Shown piece after piece: positions 1 to 10,503 of a stretch of DNA of 64,000 nucleotides. The DNA comes from an uncultured Gemmatimonadales bacterium (GTDB taxonomy: Bacteria > Gemmatimonadota > Gemmatimonadetes > Gemmatimonadales > Gemmatimonadaceae). Positions within the stretch are counted from its first letter, which is position 1; every line of letters begins with the position of its first letter. The notes under the pieces are model-generated. The model was not told the DNA's origin. It worked only from the letters and a program-made list of their open reading frames with translations, and ran no database searches. The position numbers were made by a program, and so were the translations under genes. Location: contig CAWKNZ010000002.1 in NCBI GenBank assembly GCA_963851265.1, positions 64,001 through 128,000 on the forward strand, in the 5' to 3' direction.

Positions 1-161
1 CCGCCGGCGGGATGGCCGCCAAGCTCGAAGCGGCACTCGCCGCTCTCGGCGCCGGGGTGATTCGCGTGCGCATCGGCGACATCGCCGCGCTCGCCGGCTC
101 GTCGCCCGGCACCGCCATCGTCGGCACGACGGATGCCCACGCCGTCGCGCCGCCGGGTTGA
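1..161 (+). CDS. argB: Acetylglutamate kinase, 3' end (partial)
   Basis: Frame 3 reads AGGMAAKLEAALAALGAGVIRVRIGD...PGTAIV to TGA at 159-161; GGMxxK is the amino-acid-kinase C-terminal motif; lies directly upstream of argD. Confidence 0.8.
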   Translation, partial: AGGMAAKLEAALAALGAGVIRVRIGDIAALAGSSPGTAIVGTTDAHAVAPPG

Positions 162-213
162 CGGCGTTCTCGCACCACACGCTCGCGTTCCCGCTCGCAC
201 CATCGCTTCAGTC

Positions 214-1512
214 ATGGCCACCGTCGTCGCTCCCGACGTCTCGCACGTCGTCTCCGCTCCGGCTCCCGCCGGGCCCGTTCCGCCGCCCGCCGCCGATCAC
301 CTGCTCGGCACGTACAAGCGCGCGCCCATGCGCCTCGTCCGCGGCGAGGGCGTCACCCTGTGGGACGAGTCCGGCCGCGGCTACCTCGACTTCACGAGCG
401 GCATCGCCGTCAACGCGCTCGGCTACGGCGATCCCGGTCTCGAGCAGGCCATGCGCGACGCGACCGAGAGCGGCCTCGTTCACGTGTCCAACCTCTTCCG
501 CACCGAGCCGGGCGAGCGGTTGGCCGAGTTCCTCGTCTCGCACTCGTTCGCCGCGCGCGCGTTCTTCTGCAATTCGGGCGCGGAGGCCAACGAGGGTGCC
601 TTCAAGTTCGCCCGGCGCTGGGCCCGCACCTTCGTCCCGGCGGGCGCGACCGAGGCCCCTGGCGCGTTCGGTCAGGCCGCCAAGCACGAGATCGTCTCGC
701 TCCGCGGCGCGTTCCACGGACGCACGATGGGCGTGCTCGCCGCCACCGACCGCGTCCAGTACCGCGCACCCTTCCAGCCGCTGGCCGGCGGGGTGAGCAT
801 CGCCGAGCGCGACATCCACGAGTTGGAGCGGGTCGTCGACGCCGAGCGCACCGCAGCCGTGATCGTCGAGCCGGTGCAGGGCGAGGGCGGCGTGCGGGTG
901 GTCGATCCCGGCTTCCTGCGCGAGCTCCGCGCACTCACCACCGAGCGCCAGGTCGCACTCATCTTCGACGAGATCCAGTGCGGGCTCGGTCGCCTCGGGA
1001 CGTTCTTCGCCTACGAGCACGCCGGCGTGACGCCCGACATGGTCACGCTCGCCAAGCCGCTCGCCGGCGGGCTGCCGATGGGCGCGGTCCTCGTCAACGC
1101 AGCAATCGGCGCGGCCATCCAGCCGGGCGACCACGGGACCACCTTCGGCGGCGGCCCGTTCGTGTCGGCCGTCGCGCTTCACGTCGTCGAGCGCATCGCG
1201 GAGCCGGCGTTCCTCGCGCACGTGCGCGCGGTCGGGGACGGGATGGGCGCGGGCCTTCGCGCACTCGGCGAGCGGACCGGCCGCGTCCGCGCGGTGCGCG
1301 GCGCGGGCCTCATGTGGGGCGTCGACACGCACGAGCCCGCGGCCGCCATCGTCGAGCGTGCGCGCACCGCCGGGCTGCTCGTGCTCACCGCCGGCGAGCA
1401 CACGCTCCGGCTGCTCCCGCCGCTCGTGATCTCCGACGCCGACGTCGCGCGCGGACTCGCCATCCTCGAGGACGTGATCGCGGCCGGGAATCCGGCCGGA
1501 GCGGGGGCATGA
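214..1512 (+). CDS. argD: Acetylornithine aminotransferase (class III PLP)
   Basis: YLDFTSGIAVNALG, FCNSGAEANEGA, FHGRT, VEPVQGEGG, FDEIQCGLGR, TLAKPLAGG, HGTTFGG; ATG at 214 chosen over 133 to avoid overlap with argB. Confidence 0.92.
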   Translation: MATVVAPDVSHVVSAPAPAGPVPPPAADHLLGTYKRAPMRLVRGEGVTLWDESGRGYLDFTSGIAVNALGYGDPGLEQAMRDATESGLVHVSNLFRTEPGERLAEFLVSHSFAARAFFCNSGAEANEGAFKFARRWARTFVPAGATEAPGAFGQAAKHEIVSLRGAFHGRTMGVLAATDRVQYRAPFQPLAGGVSIAERDIHELERVVDAERTAAVIVEPVQGEGGVRVVDPGFLRELRALTTERQVALIFDEIQCGLGRLGTFFAYEHAGVTPDMVTLAKPLAGGLPMGAVLVNAAIGAAIQPGDHGTTFGGGPFVSAVALHVVERIAEPAFLAHVRAVGDGMGAGLRALGERTGRVRAVRGAGLMWGVDTHEPAAAIVERARTAGLLVLTAGEHTLRLLPPLVISDADVARGLAILEDVIAAGNPAGAGA

Positions 1513-2033
1513 CCCCGCCGCCCGCCCTCGTCGACTCCTGCGTCGCCCGCACGGCCCGCGTGCGCCGCGCGCACGCGACCGACGCGGCCCAGATCGCCAC
1601 CCTCGTCTCGGAGTGGGCCGCGGAAGGTCTGCTGCTGCCGCGAAGCCTCGCCGCGATCGCGGCGAGGCTCGACGACTACGTGGTCGCCGTCGACGCGGCC
1701 GGGCGCGTCGTCGCCTGCGCCGCCGTGTGCGAGTACGCGCCGTCGCTCGCCGAAATCGTGAGCGTTGCCGTGTCGCGCACCGCGCACGGCGGCGGGCTCG
1801 GGGCGCGCATCGTCGCGGCCGCCGAGCGCCTCGCGCGCGTGCGCGGGCACACCGAAGTGTTCGCGCACACCCGCAACCCGGAGTTCTTCACCGCCATCGG
1901 CTACGAGTGCGTCGACCGCGGTCTGTTTCCCGAGAAGCGCGGCCGCCCGCAGTGCACGTGCGTGCGCCGCGAGTTCCGGCGGACGCGCACGGCGCTCACC
2001 GCGCCGCCCGACGCGGTCCGCTTGGCGGCCTGA
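1509..2033 (+). CDS. GNAT N-acetyltransferase, probable short ArgA-type N-acetylglutamate synthase
   Basis: ATGA overlap with argD; LLPRS, LAEIVSVAV, HGGGLG acetyl-CoA loop, FF..GY, FPEK. Confidence 0.75.
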   Translation: MTPPPALVDSCVARTARVRRAHATDAAQIATLVSEWAAEGLLLPRSLAAIAARLDDYVVAVDAAGRVVACAAVCEYAPSLAEIVSVAVSRTAHGGGLGARIVAAAERLARVRGHTEVFAHTRNPEFFTAIGYECVDRGLFPEKRGRPQCTCVRREFRRTRTALTAPPDAVRLAA

Positions 2034-2035
2034 TC

Positions 2036-2058
2036 GCGGCGGAGCCGGGCTCCGCCGC
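2036..2058 (+). terminator. GC hairpin after arg operon
   Basis: gcggcggagcc-g-ggctccgccgc inverted repeat just after the stop; no U-tract. Confidence 0.4.
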
Positions 2059-2178
2059 CCCGTGAGCACGCGGTCGGATCGCGGGCTCCTTGCGCACGCT
2101 GGTCCATAGTCTGCCAGTTTCCCGGACACATCGCGCAGGCACGACCCACGTCGGTCGTGCCATCCTCGTCCGTCTGCC

Positions 2179-4755
2179 GTGTCCGTCGCCTCCGTCAGCA
2201 CCGCGCTCCACGCCGTCTACTCACCGCCGCTCGTCGTCGCGTCGTTTCTGATCGCGGCCCTCGCGTCGTACACGGCCCTCGACTTCGCGGCACGCGTCAC
2301 GGCGGCTACCCGAATGGCGCGCGCGTGGTGGCTGGCCGGCGGCGCCGTCGCACTCGGCCTCGGCATCTGGGGCATGCACTTCGTCGGCATGCTCGCCGTT
2401 AGGCTCTACGCGTCCAACGGGTCGTCGCTCGCGACGGCGTACGACGTCGCGCGCGTGATCCTCTCCATCGTCGTGGCCGTGGCCGCGGCCGCGCTCGCGC
2501 TCTGGGTCTCGTCGCGCGCGGAAGTCGGGCGCGGTTCGCTCGCCGGAGCCGCACTCGTGATGGGCGTGGGCATCGCCGGCATGCATTACATCGGCATGGC
2601 GTCCATGCGCGTGCCCGGGGCGGCGGACGGCCTGCCGGGCATCACCTACCGCCCCGCGCTCGTCGGACTCGCCTACGCCATCGCGGCCGGCGCGTCGCTC
2701 GTCGCATTGTGGCTCGCGCGGCGCGCCTACCGCGAACGGGGCGCGTTCCTGGTACGGCTCGGGCTCCCCGCCGTGATCATGGGCCTGGCCATCGCCGGCA
2801 TGCACTACACGGGCATGGCCTCCGCCACCTTCCACCCGATCCTGACACCCGCGGCGCTCAACCTCGGTGACGCTGCCGACGTCACACTGGCCGTGGGTGA
2901 CGAACGCATCGCCGGGACGCTCCTCGCCACGCCCGCGCTCGGGGCCGCCGTCACCATCGCGCTGTTTTTCGTGCTCGCGTTCACGCTCATCGGGAGCACC
3001 GCCGGACGGTGGGCGGCTACGGCCCCACTTCCGGACGATCTGCTCGCCGTCCGGTCTGGAACGCCCACCCCACCCCGGCCGACGTCCACGCCCTCGCTCC
3101 CCGGCGACAACCGCCGCAACGACGGTCGTGGCCCGGGCGAGGGATGGCGCGCGTGGCACATGTGGCGCCGCGAGGCCGACGCGCTCGACGCGGGCGGGCC
3201 GTCGCTGCGCACCAAGCTCGCGGCCGGCAGCGCGGCGGCGGGACTCGTGCTCGTCGTCGCGCTCGTCGCGTACTGGGGCTTCGACCAGTTCGAGGAGGCG
3301 TCGAGCTGGCTCGCGCACACCTCGCAGGTGCGCGCCTCGGTCCAGGCGCTCGAGACGGCCGTGTCCGAGGCCGAAGCGTCGGGACGCGCGTACCTCCTGT
3401 ACGGGCGACCGCGCTACGTCGATCAGTACCGGGCCGAGGTCGCCCAGACCGAGCGCCACCTGACGACCGTCCGGCGCCTCACGGCCGACAATCAGCAGCA
3501 GCAGCGGCGCCTCGATCGCATCGACCCACTCTTCACGCGCCGTTTCAGCGTCATCGACTCCCTCATCGCGCTGCGCCAGCGCGGCGGTGCCAACGCCGTC
3601 CTCTCCGTCCTCGCACGGCGCGACAGCCTGTTCGGCGTGACCGACCGCGGCCTCCTGCTCGCCGACTCGCTCCACAGCCTCGTGTCCGAGGTCGACGGCG
3701 CGGAAGCGAAACTGTACGAGCGCCGCAGCGAGCGCCTCGCGACCCGCTCGAACATCGTCACCGTCACCCTCCTCGGCGGCAGCCTCGTCGCCTTCACGCT
3801 CATCCTGCTGATCCTCCAGGCCATCCGGCGCGACGTCGCCGCGCGCGAGGCCGCGCAGTCGCGCGTCCGCGAACAGGGCGAAGCCCTCGCCGTCCAGGCC
3901 GAACAGCTCGAACAGCAGCAGACCGAGCTGAAGCAGCAGGTCCAGGAGCAGCAGGTGATGAACGCGAAGCTGGCCGATGCCAACCACCAGCTCGAACGCA
4001 GCGCGTGGCGCCACGAGCGCCTCATCTACCAACTCGAGCGGAGCAACCAGGACCTCGATCAGTTCGCCTACGTCGCGTCGCACGACCTCAAGGCGCCGCT
4101 GCGCGGCATCGTCAACCTCGCGAGCTGGATCGAGGAGGACCTCGCCCCGGTGATGACCGACGACACGCGCGAGCAGATGCACCTCATGCGCGGACGCGTG
4201 CACCGGATGGAGGCGCTCATCGACGGCATCCTGCAGTACTCGCGCGCCGGCCGCGTCCGCACCGCCCCCGAACCGGTCGACACCGCCGTGCTCGTCGCCG
4301 ACGTCGTCGAGCTGATCGCGCCGCCCGAGGGCACGCAGATCATCGTCGCCGAAAACATGCCGAAGGTACTCGCCGAACGCGTGCCCCTGCAGCAAGTCTT
4401 CATGAACCTGATCGGCAACGCGATGAAGTACGCGCGCCGAGCCGACGCGCCGATGATGGTGCGCGTATCGTGGACCGAGGAGCCGGTCGACCCCGACGCC
4501 CCGCGACTGTATAGGTTCTCCATAGCCGACAACGGGCCCGGCATTGCTCCGCAATACCATGAGCGCGTGTTCGGCATTTTTCAGACGTTGCAGTCGCGTG
4601 ACCAGGTGGAGGGCACGGGCATCGGGCTCTCCGTGGTCAAGAAGATCGTCGAGGGGCAGGGCGGCCGAGTGTGGGTGGAGAGCGCCGAAGGCGAAGGCGC
4701 CACCTTCCACTTCACGTGGCCGGCGGCCCCCGTGTCCACCACCGCCGACGTATGA
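2179..4755 (+). CDS. Sensor histidine kinase MHYT-CHASE3-HisKA-HATPase
   Basis: Three MHYT motifs (MHFVGM, MHYIGM, MHYTGM); CHASE3 (WLAHT..V, EAEASGRAYLL, LTADNQQQQRRL); FAYVASHDLKAPLR, NLIGNAMKY, DNGPGI, GTGIGL. Confidence 0.9.
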   Translation: MSVASVSTALHAVYSPPLVVASFLIAALASYTALDFAARVTAATRMARAWWLAGGAVALGLGIWGMHFVGMLAVRLYASNGSSLATAYDVARVILSIVVAVAAAALALWVSSRAEVGRGSLAGAALVMGVGIAGMHYIGMASMRVPGAADGLPGITYRPALVGLAYAIAAGASLVALWLARRAYRERGAFLVRLGLPAVIMGLAIAGMHYTGMASATFHPILTPAALNLGDAADVTLAVGDERIAGTLLATPALGAAVTIALFFVLAFTLIGSTAGRWAATAPLPDDLLAVRSGTPTPPRPTSTPSLPGDNRRNDGRGPGEGWRAWHMWRREADALDAGGPSLRTKLAAGSAAAGLVLVVALVAYWGFDQFEEASSWLAHTSQVRASVQALETAVSEAEASGRAYLLYGRPRYVDQYRAEVAQTERHLTTVRRLTADNQQQQRRLDRIDPLFTRRFSVIDSLIALRQRGGANAVLSVLARRDSLFGVTDRGLLLADSLHSLVSEVDGAEAKLYERRSERLATRSNIVTVTLLGGSLVAFTLILLILQAIRRDVAAREAAQSRVREQGEALAVQAEQLEQQQTELKQQVQEQQVMNAKLADANHQLERSAWRHERLIYQLERSNQDLDQFAYVASHDLKAPLRGIVNLASWIEEDLAPVMTDDTREQMHLMRGRVHRMEALIDGILQYSRAGRVRTAPEPVDTAVLVADVVELIAPPEGTQIIVAENMPKVLAERVPLQQVFMNLIGNAMKYARRADAPMMVRVSWTEEPVDPDAPRLYRFSIADNGPGIAPQYHERVFGIFQTLQSRDQVEGTGIGLSVVKKIVEGQGGRVWVESAEGEGATFHFTWPAAPVSTTADV

Positions 4756-4762
4756 CGCCCGC

Positions 4763-5215
4763 ATGAGCTCGACTCAGCTTCCGGTCGCCGACGCGACCAC
4801 GCGCGACCGCTGCCTCAACATCCTCCTCGTCGACGACGACGAGGTGGACGTGATGAACGTGAGGCGCGCCTTCACCAAGGCGCACATCACGAACCCGCTG
4901 TTCGTCGTCCATGACGGGCTGCAAGCGCTCGAGAAGCTGCGCGTCAACGATTTCCCGTGCGACCGCCGGCTCGTCCTGCTCGACCTCAACATGCCGCGCA
5001 TGAACGGCATCGAGTTCCTGCGCGAGCTGCGCAAGGACCCCGCCCTGCACGCCACCCCGGTCGTCGTGCTCACCACGAGCGACGACGAGCGCGACAAGGT
5101 CGACGCCTACGACCTGAACGTCGCGGGCTACCTGCTCAAGCCGGTCACCTTCGCGAGCTTCGTCGAGATCATGGCGGCGCTCAACAAGTACTGGACCCTC
5201 GTCGAGATGCCCTGA
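4763..5215 (+). CDS. Single-domain response regulator (Rcp1-like)
   Basis: ILLVDDDEVD, LLDLNMPRMNG, VVLTTS, GYLLKPV, YW near the C-terminus. Confidence 0.9.
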   Translation: MSSTQLPVADATTRDRCLNILLVDDDEVDVMNVRRAFTKAHITNPLFVVHDGLQALEKLRVNDFPCDRRLVLLDLNMPRMNGIEFLRELRKDPALHATPVVVLTTSDDERDKVDAYDLNVAGYLLKPVTFASFVEIMAALNKYWTLVEMP

Positions 5216-5266
5216 GGGGGCCCTCCTGACCACGGTCACCGAATACGGGCCAGCGAGAGCGGACGT

Positions 5267-6609
<1,343 letters not shown>

Positions 6610-6613
<4 letters not shown>

Positions 6614-6633
6614 GTCGCGGTGTAAGTCGCGGT
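6610..6633. repeat. 12-bp tandem duplication spanning the stop codon
   Basis: gtaagtcgcggt twice in direct succession. Confidence 0.7.
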
Positions 6634-6750
6634 CGTGTCCCCGTCGCGTCGGGACAATGCGGTCCGCGACCTGCTAGCAACGCCTTCCCCCGCGGGACGG
6701 TCGCGCTCCCGACGGCGTTCCGTGTCCACCTGACGACGAGAGAGCCACCG

Positions 6751-7098
6751 ATGTTGAACCGCCTCCGAATCCACGCCGCCGTCGTGCTCACGTCGGTCTG
6801 CCTCGCCGGGACCGCCTGTGGTGGCGGTCGCGACACGAGCGCCGGCACGGCCGCGAGCGCGCCGGTCGCTGCGCCGGTCACCACCCCGGCCCCGGCCGCC
6901 GCACCAGTCACCACGGCGCCCACCGCCGTGACGCCCGAACACCACAGCAAGCTCGGCGGCGCCGTCGCCGGCGGCGTCGTCGGCCACATGATCGGCGGGA
7001 AGACGGGGATGCTCGCCGGCGCAGCCGCGGGTGCCATGATCCAGCACCACCGCAACAAAGTCGCGCGACGCGAGGCCGCCGCGGCCGCGAACCCGTGA
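6751..7098 (+). CDS. Small lipoprotein with glycine zipper
   Basis: Signal peptide ending LAGTAC, Ala/Pro/Thr linker, GGAVAGGVVGHMIGG..GMLAGAAAGAMI. Confidence 0.75.
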   Translation: MLNRLRIHAAVVLTSVCLAGTACGGGRDTSAGTAASAPVAAPVTTPAPAAAPVTTAPTAVTPEHHSKLGGAVAGGVVGHMIGGKTGMLAGAAAGAMIQHHRNKVARREAAAAANP

Positions 7099-7142
7099 AC
7101 TGACCAGCGTCGGGCGGCTCGGTACCGCCTGACGCCAGCGAC

Positions 7143-7193
7143 CGGCACAGGAGGGGCACCCGGCACCACGCGCCGGGTACCCCTCCTGTGCCG
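7143..7193. other. 22-bp inverted repeat (one mismatch)
   Basis: cggcacaggaggggcacccggc / gccgggtacccctcctgtgccg with 7-nt loop. Confidence 0.7.
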
Positions 7194-8687
7194 CGCCGCC
7201 CCCGCATCGTGCGGCCGCCCAGCAGCGGGCGGTCGCTGGTTCCGCTCGCCTTCGCGCTGACCGCCGCCGCCGCGGTCGCCAGCGCACGCCGCGTGTTTCC
7301 GTCAGTCACCCCGTCGGCGTCGCACTTCACGCTCGCCGACGGAGTGCGACGCCTGCGTGCCGCCGTCGTCGGCGACGCCCGCGAGCCCGCCGGCGCACCC
7401 GTGCTCGGCGAGTCGCCCGTACGCGCGCGACTCCGGGCGCGCACGTCGCGCCTCGCGCGCCGCACCACTCCGCTCGACGACGCCCGCAGCGCCCCACACA
7501 ACGACGTCGTCGGCGTCCCGTGGTGGGACGAGAACGCCGGCTGGGGCGCGGACGTCGTGCGCTGGGCCGAGCGCACTACCGCGCCACTCACGTCCGAAGC
7601 CGGGGACACCGTGGCCGTCGCGGCGCCAGCGCTCCCCGAGGCCCTCCCGACGGCGTTGCGCGCACGCGGCGTACACTGGAGCGCGCAGGGCGCGGTCACG
7701 CTGCTCGGCGATGGGCGTGCCGTGCTCGAGGCGCCGGGGAGCGCCGCCATCACCGCGGTCACGCCGGTCGGCGTCACGCGCACGCCCCTCATCGTGCGGC
7801 CCGTCGTCCGCGGCCGCCTGTACGCCGCCACCGACGGCGGGCCGGTGTCCGCGCGCATCGTCGTGCGTCGCGGTGCGTGGGCCGACACCACGTGGACCGA
7901 CGCGTCCGGCCGCTTCCGGCTCGGTCTCCCGCCCGACGCGAGCGCCCTCGACGCGGCCGACGTCCACGTGGAGCCGTCGGCGCCCGCCGCGCGCGGCGCG
8001 GTCGCCTACGAGCCGTGCGTACTCCATGCGGTGCCCGCCGCCCGCCTGCACACGTTAGGCGTCGTCGTCCTTCCCGCGCGCTGGACCGTCACGTCGGGCA
8101 GCTATGCCGGCGTCACCGTCCCGGTGCGCGCGACGGCCGCGCGCGGCTACTGGCAGTTCACGCGCGAGCACGGCGCCCCGATCGGCTGGATCCACGACGC
8201 GCCGCACACCGTGGCGTTCGCCCCCGGGTTCGATCCGGTCGACCAGGCGACGTTCTGGAGGGCCGCCCGCGCCGTCGAGGACGCGTGGGGGCGCTCGCTC
8301 TTCGTCCCGTTCACACCGGCCGCGTCCGGCGACTCCGCAGATGCCGACGTCGTCGTACGTCCCGTACCCACCCTGCACGCCGACGGACTCACCACCATCG
8401 GATGGGATGGCGTCGGTACCGTGGGTGGGGCGGCCATAGACTTTCGCATTCCCCGTCCGGGCACGCTGCAGCCGCAGGTCGCCGCCCACGAACTCCTGCA
8501 CGCCCTCGGGTTTGGCCACGCGCGCAACTGGCTTTCGGTGCTCGCGCCGGCCGGCCGCGCGATCGCGCCGGAACCCACGGCCGCCGACGTCGCCTACGGA
8601 CAGCTGTACGAGGGACTCCGCCGCCAGGCCCGCCGTGCCGAGCACGACTACGGCGGCGCCTACGGATGGGACGACGCGGCGCCCTGA
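7188..8687 (+). CDS. Secreted protein with C-terminal zincin-like metallopeptidase motif
   Basis: Hydrophobic N-terminal stretch; HELLHALGFGH (HExxHxxGxxH); start uncertain. Confidence 0.6.
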   Translation: MPRRPRIVRPPSSGRSLVPLAFALTAAAAVASARRVFPSVTPSASHFTLADGVRRLRAAVVGDAREPAGAPVLGESPVRARLRARTSRLARRTTPLDDARSAPHNDVVGVPWWDENAGWGADVVRWAERTTAPLTSEAGDTVAVAAPALPEALPTALRARGVHWSAQGAVTLLGDGRAVLEAPGSAAITAVTPVGVTRTPLIVRPVVRGRLYAATDGGPVSARIVVRRGAWADTTWTDASGRFRLGLPPDASALDAADVHVEPSAPAARGAVAYEPCVLHAVPAARLHTLGVVVLPARWTVTSGSYAGVTVPVRATAARGYWQFTREHGAPIGWIHDAPHTVAFAPGFDPVDQATFWRAARAVEDAWGRSLFVPFTPAASGDSADADVVVRPVPTLHADGLTTIGWDGVGTVGGAAIDFRIPRPGTLQPQVAAHELLHALGFGHARNWLSVLAPAGRAIAPEPTAADVAYGQLYEGLRRQARRAEHDYGGAYGWDDAAP

Positions 8688-8707
8688 GCACGCGCCGCGG
8701 TCTGGCG

Positions 8708-9493
8708 TCACCCGTTGCGCAACAACGCTCCGAGAATCGACCCCGCCACCGACCCTCCGGACGACGCTCCCCCCGCGCGCGTGTTGTCGTCGTCCGCGCC
8801 GGTCCCGCCGTGCAGGTACATCGACTGCAGTCCCACGCGTCCCGGGCCCGTGAACCGGTTGAACGCGAGCGTCCCCGCGCTCGCGAACAGCCCCGTGCTG
8901 AGCCCCTGCGCGACCGTCTCGAGCTGCACCGACGGATCCTTGTAGACCCACCCGCCGGGCTCGACGTCGATCTGCGCGCCCGCGTCGAGCGTCACCTCGA
9001 ACAGGTTGCCGTACCCGTGCAGCCACACGATGCCGCCCCCCGGCTGCTCCGAGGTGAACGTGTCGACGAAGAACCCCGACCCGCCGAACAGCAGGTTGGC
9101 CACGCCCCGCACCCGCCGGAAGGTGTAGTCCACGCCGTTGGTCGCGGCCAGGAACTGGTGCTCGCGCACGTCGAGCGCCTGCCCCGGCGCGAGGTGCATC
9201 GCGATGACGTGCCCGGCCCCGTCGCGGCTGAACCCGATCTCGCCCGGTCCACGCGCCTCGGTCATGAAGATCGGCATCCCCGCCAGCATGCGCGAGAACG
9301 CGCCGCCTAACGGCTTCACCCCCACCTCCACCGAGCGGTTCTTCCAGAGCAGCACGTGGTGCTCGAAATACACGCCCTCCCGCGACAGCTCCACGTGCAG
9401 GACGGGCACGAGTTCGCCCTCGATGTGGTACGTGACGCCGGCGTACGTCTCGTCACGCCGAGCGGTGGGGAGCAGGACGGGGACGATCCGCAT
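8708..9493 (-). CDS. AIM24 family protein
   Basis: YHIEGELVPVL, FEHHVLLWK, GPGEIGFSRD, REHQFLAAT, WLHGYGN, FTGPGRVGLQSM. Confidence 0.8.
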   Translation of the reverse strand: MRIVPVLLPTARRDETYAGVTYHIEGELVPVLHVELSREGVYFEHHVLLWKNRSVEVGVKPLGGAFSRMLAGMPIFMTEARGPGEIGFSRDGAGHVIAMHLAPGQALDVREHQFLAATNGVDYTFRRVRGVANLLFGGSGFFVDTFTSEQPGGGIVWLHGYGNLFEVTLDAGAQIDVEPGGWVYKDPSVQLETVAQGLSTGLFASAGTLAFNRFTGPGRVGLQSMYLHGGTGADDDNTRAGGASSGGSVAGSILGALLRNG

Positions 9494-9537
9494 GAAACCT
9501 CCGGGGTGGGGCGTGGCAGCCGGCGCGAGCCGTGATT

Positions 9538-10503
9538 CTACTGCCGCGACCCCACCCCGGCGAGAGCGTCCGGTGTCGGCCGCGCATCCTCCACTTCGTC
9601 CTCCGACTCGATCTGCGGTGGCGGCGCTGGGAATCCCGCCAGCCACTCCCGCACGCACGCGAAGAACGCCGCGCGGTGCGCCACGCCCGAGAACAGGTGG
9701 TCCGCACGCGAAAACACGCGCGTGGTCACCGCACCGTGCGCCGCCCCGCCGTGCGGCACCGCGCGGCCGAGGACCTCCGCCGTCTGCCGCTCGCTGTTGA
9801 AGATGGAATCGAACGTCCCCGTGAACACGAACAGCAGCCGCGCCCCGCGCCCCAGCACCGCGGCCACGTCCGACCGGAAGCGCGCACGCGTCGGGTACTC
9901 GCGCTGAAACACCGGCTGGCCCGCGCTGGCGTCCCCGGCCGGAGCCGTGCGCGCGAATCGCCGCCGCAGCGAGCGCCACCGCGCGAACCGCTGCCAACGC
10001 TCCAGCTGCAGGTACCGCAGGGTCTGGCGGCGCACGTAGTAGCCGAACGTCGGATACGTGTAGCCGTCGACGAACACCGCGCCCACCACGCGCCGGTCCG
10101 CGACCGCTACCGGGTGCATGCTGTCGACCCCCGAACACAGCCCCACGAGTACCACCTCGCGTATGCCGAACTGTGCCTCCAGCCAGTCCAGCGCCTCACG
10201 CACGTCGGCCGTCGCCTGCTCACTACTCCCCTGCGCCCCGGCCCTGGGCAGACTGTCGCCCAACCCCGAGAGGTCGAAGCGCAGGGCGTACCACCCCATG
10301 GCCGCGGCGGCACGCGCCAGCTCCACGTACAGGCGGAATGGCCCGACGTGGTGGCTCAGTCCGATGTTCGCCATCACCACCGCCCGGCGCGGCGCCGCCA
10401 CGCCGGACACGCCCGCGTCCGCCGGGTGCGAGACCACGCCGACCAGCCCCCGGTGCGAGCCGAACACGACGGCGCGCTCGACCACCGCCGTCGCGTTAGA
10501 CAT
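9538..10503 (-). CDS. Alpha/beta-hydrolase-fold protein, exosortase-system hydrolase-1-like (Cys elbow)
   Basis: ERAVVFG, HHVGPFRLYVELAR, RFDLSGLGDS, elbow GLCSG, late ADHLF; overlaps the upstream gene's stop. Confidence 0.75.
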   Translation of the reverse strand: MSNATAVVERAVVFGSHRGLVGVVSHPADAGVSGVAAPRRAVVMANIGLSHHVGPFRLYVELARAAAAMGWYALRFDLSGLGDSLPRAGAQGSSEQATADVREALDWLEAQFGIREVVLVGLCSGVDSMHPVAVADRRVVGAVFVDGYTYPTFGYYVRRQTLRYLQLERWQRFARWRSLRRRFARTAPAGDASAGQPVFQREYPTRARFRSDVAAVLGRGARLLFVFTGTFDSIFNSERQTAEVLGRAVPHGGAAHGAVTTRVFSRADHLFSGVAHRAAFFACVREWLAGFPAPPPQIESEDEVEDARPTPDALAGVGSRQ

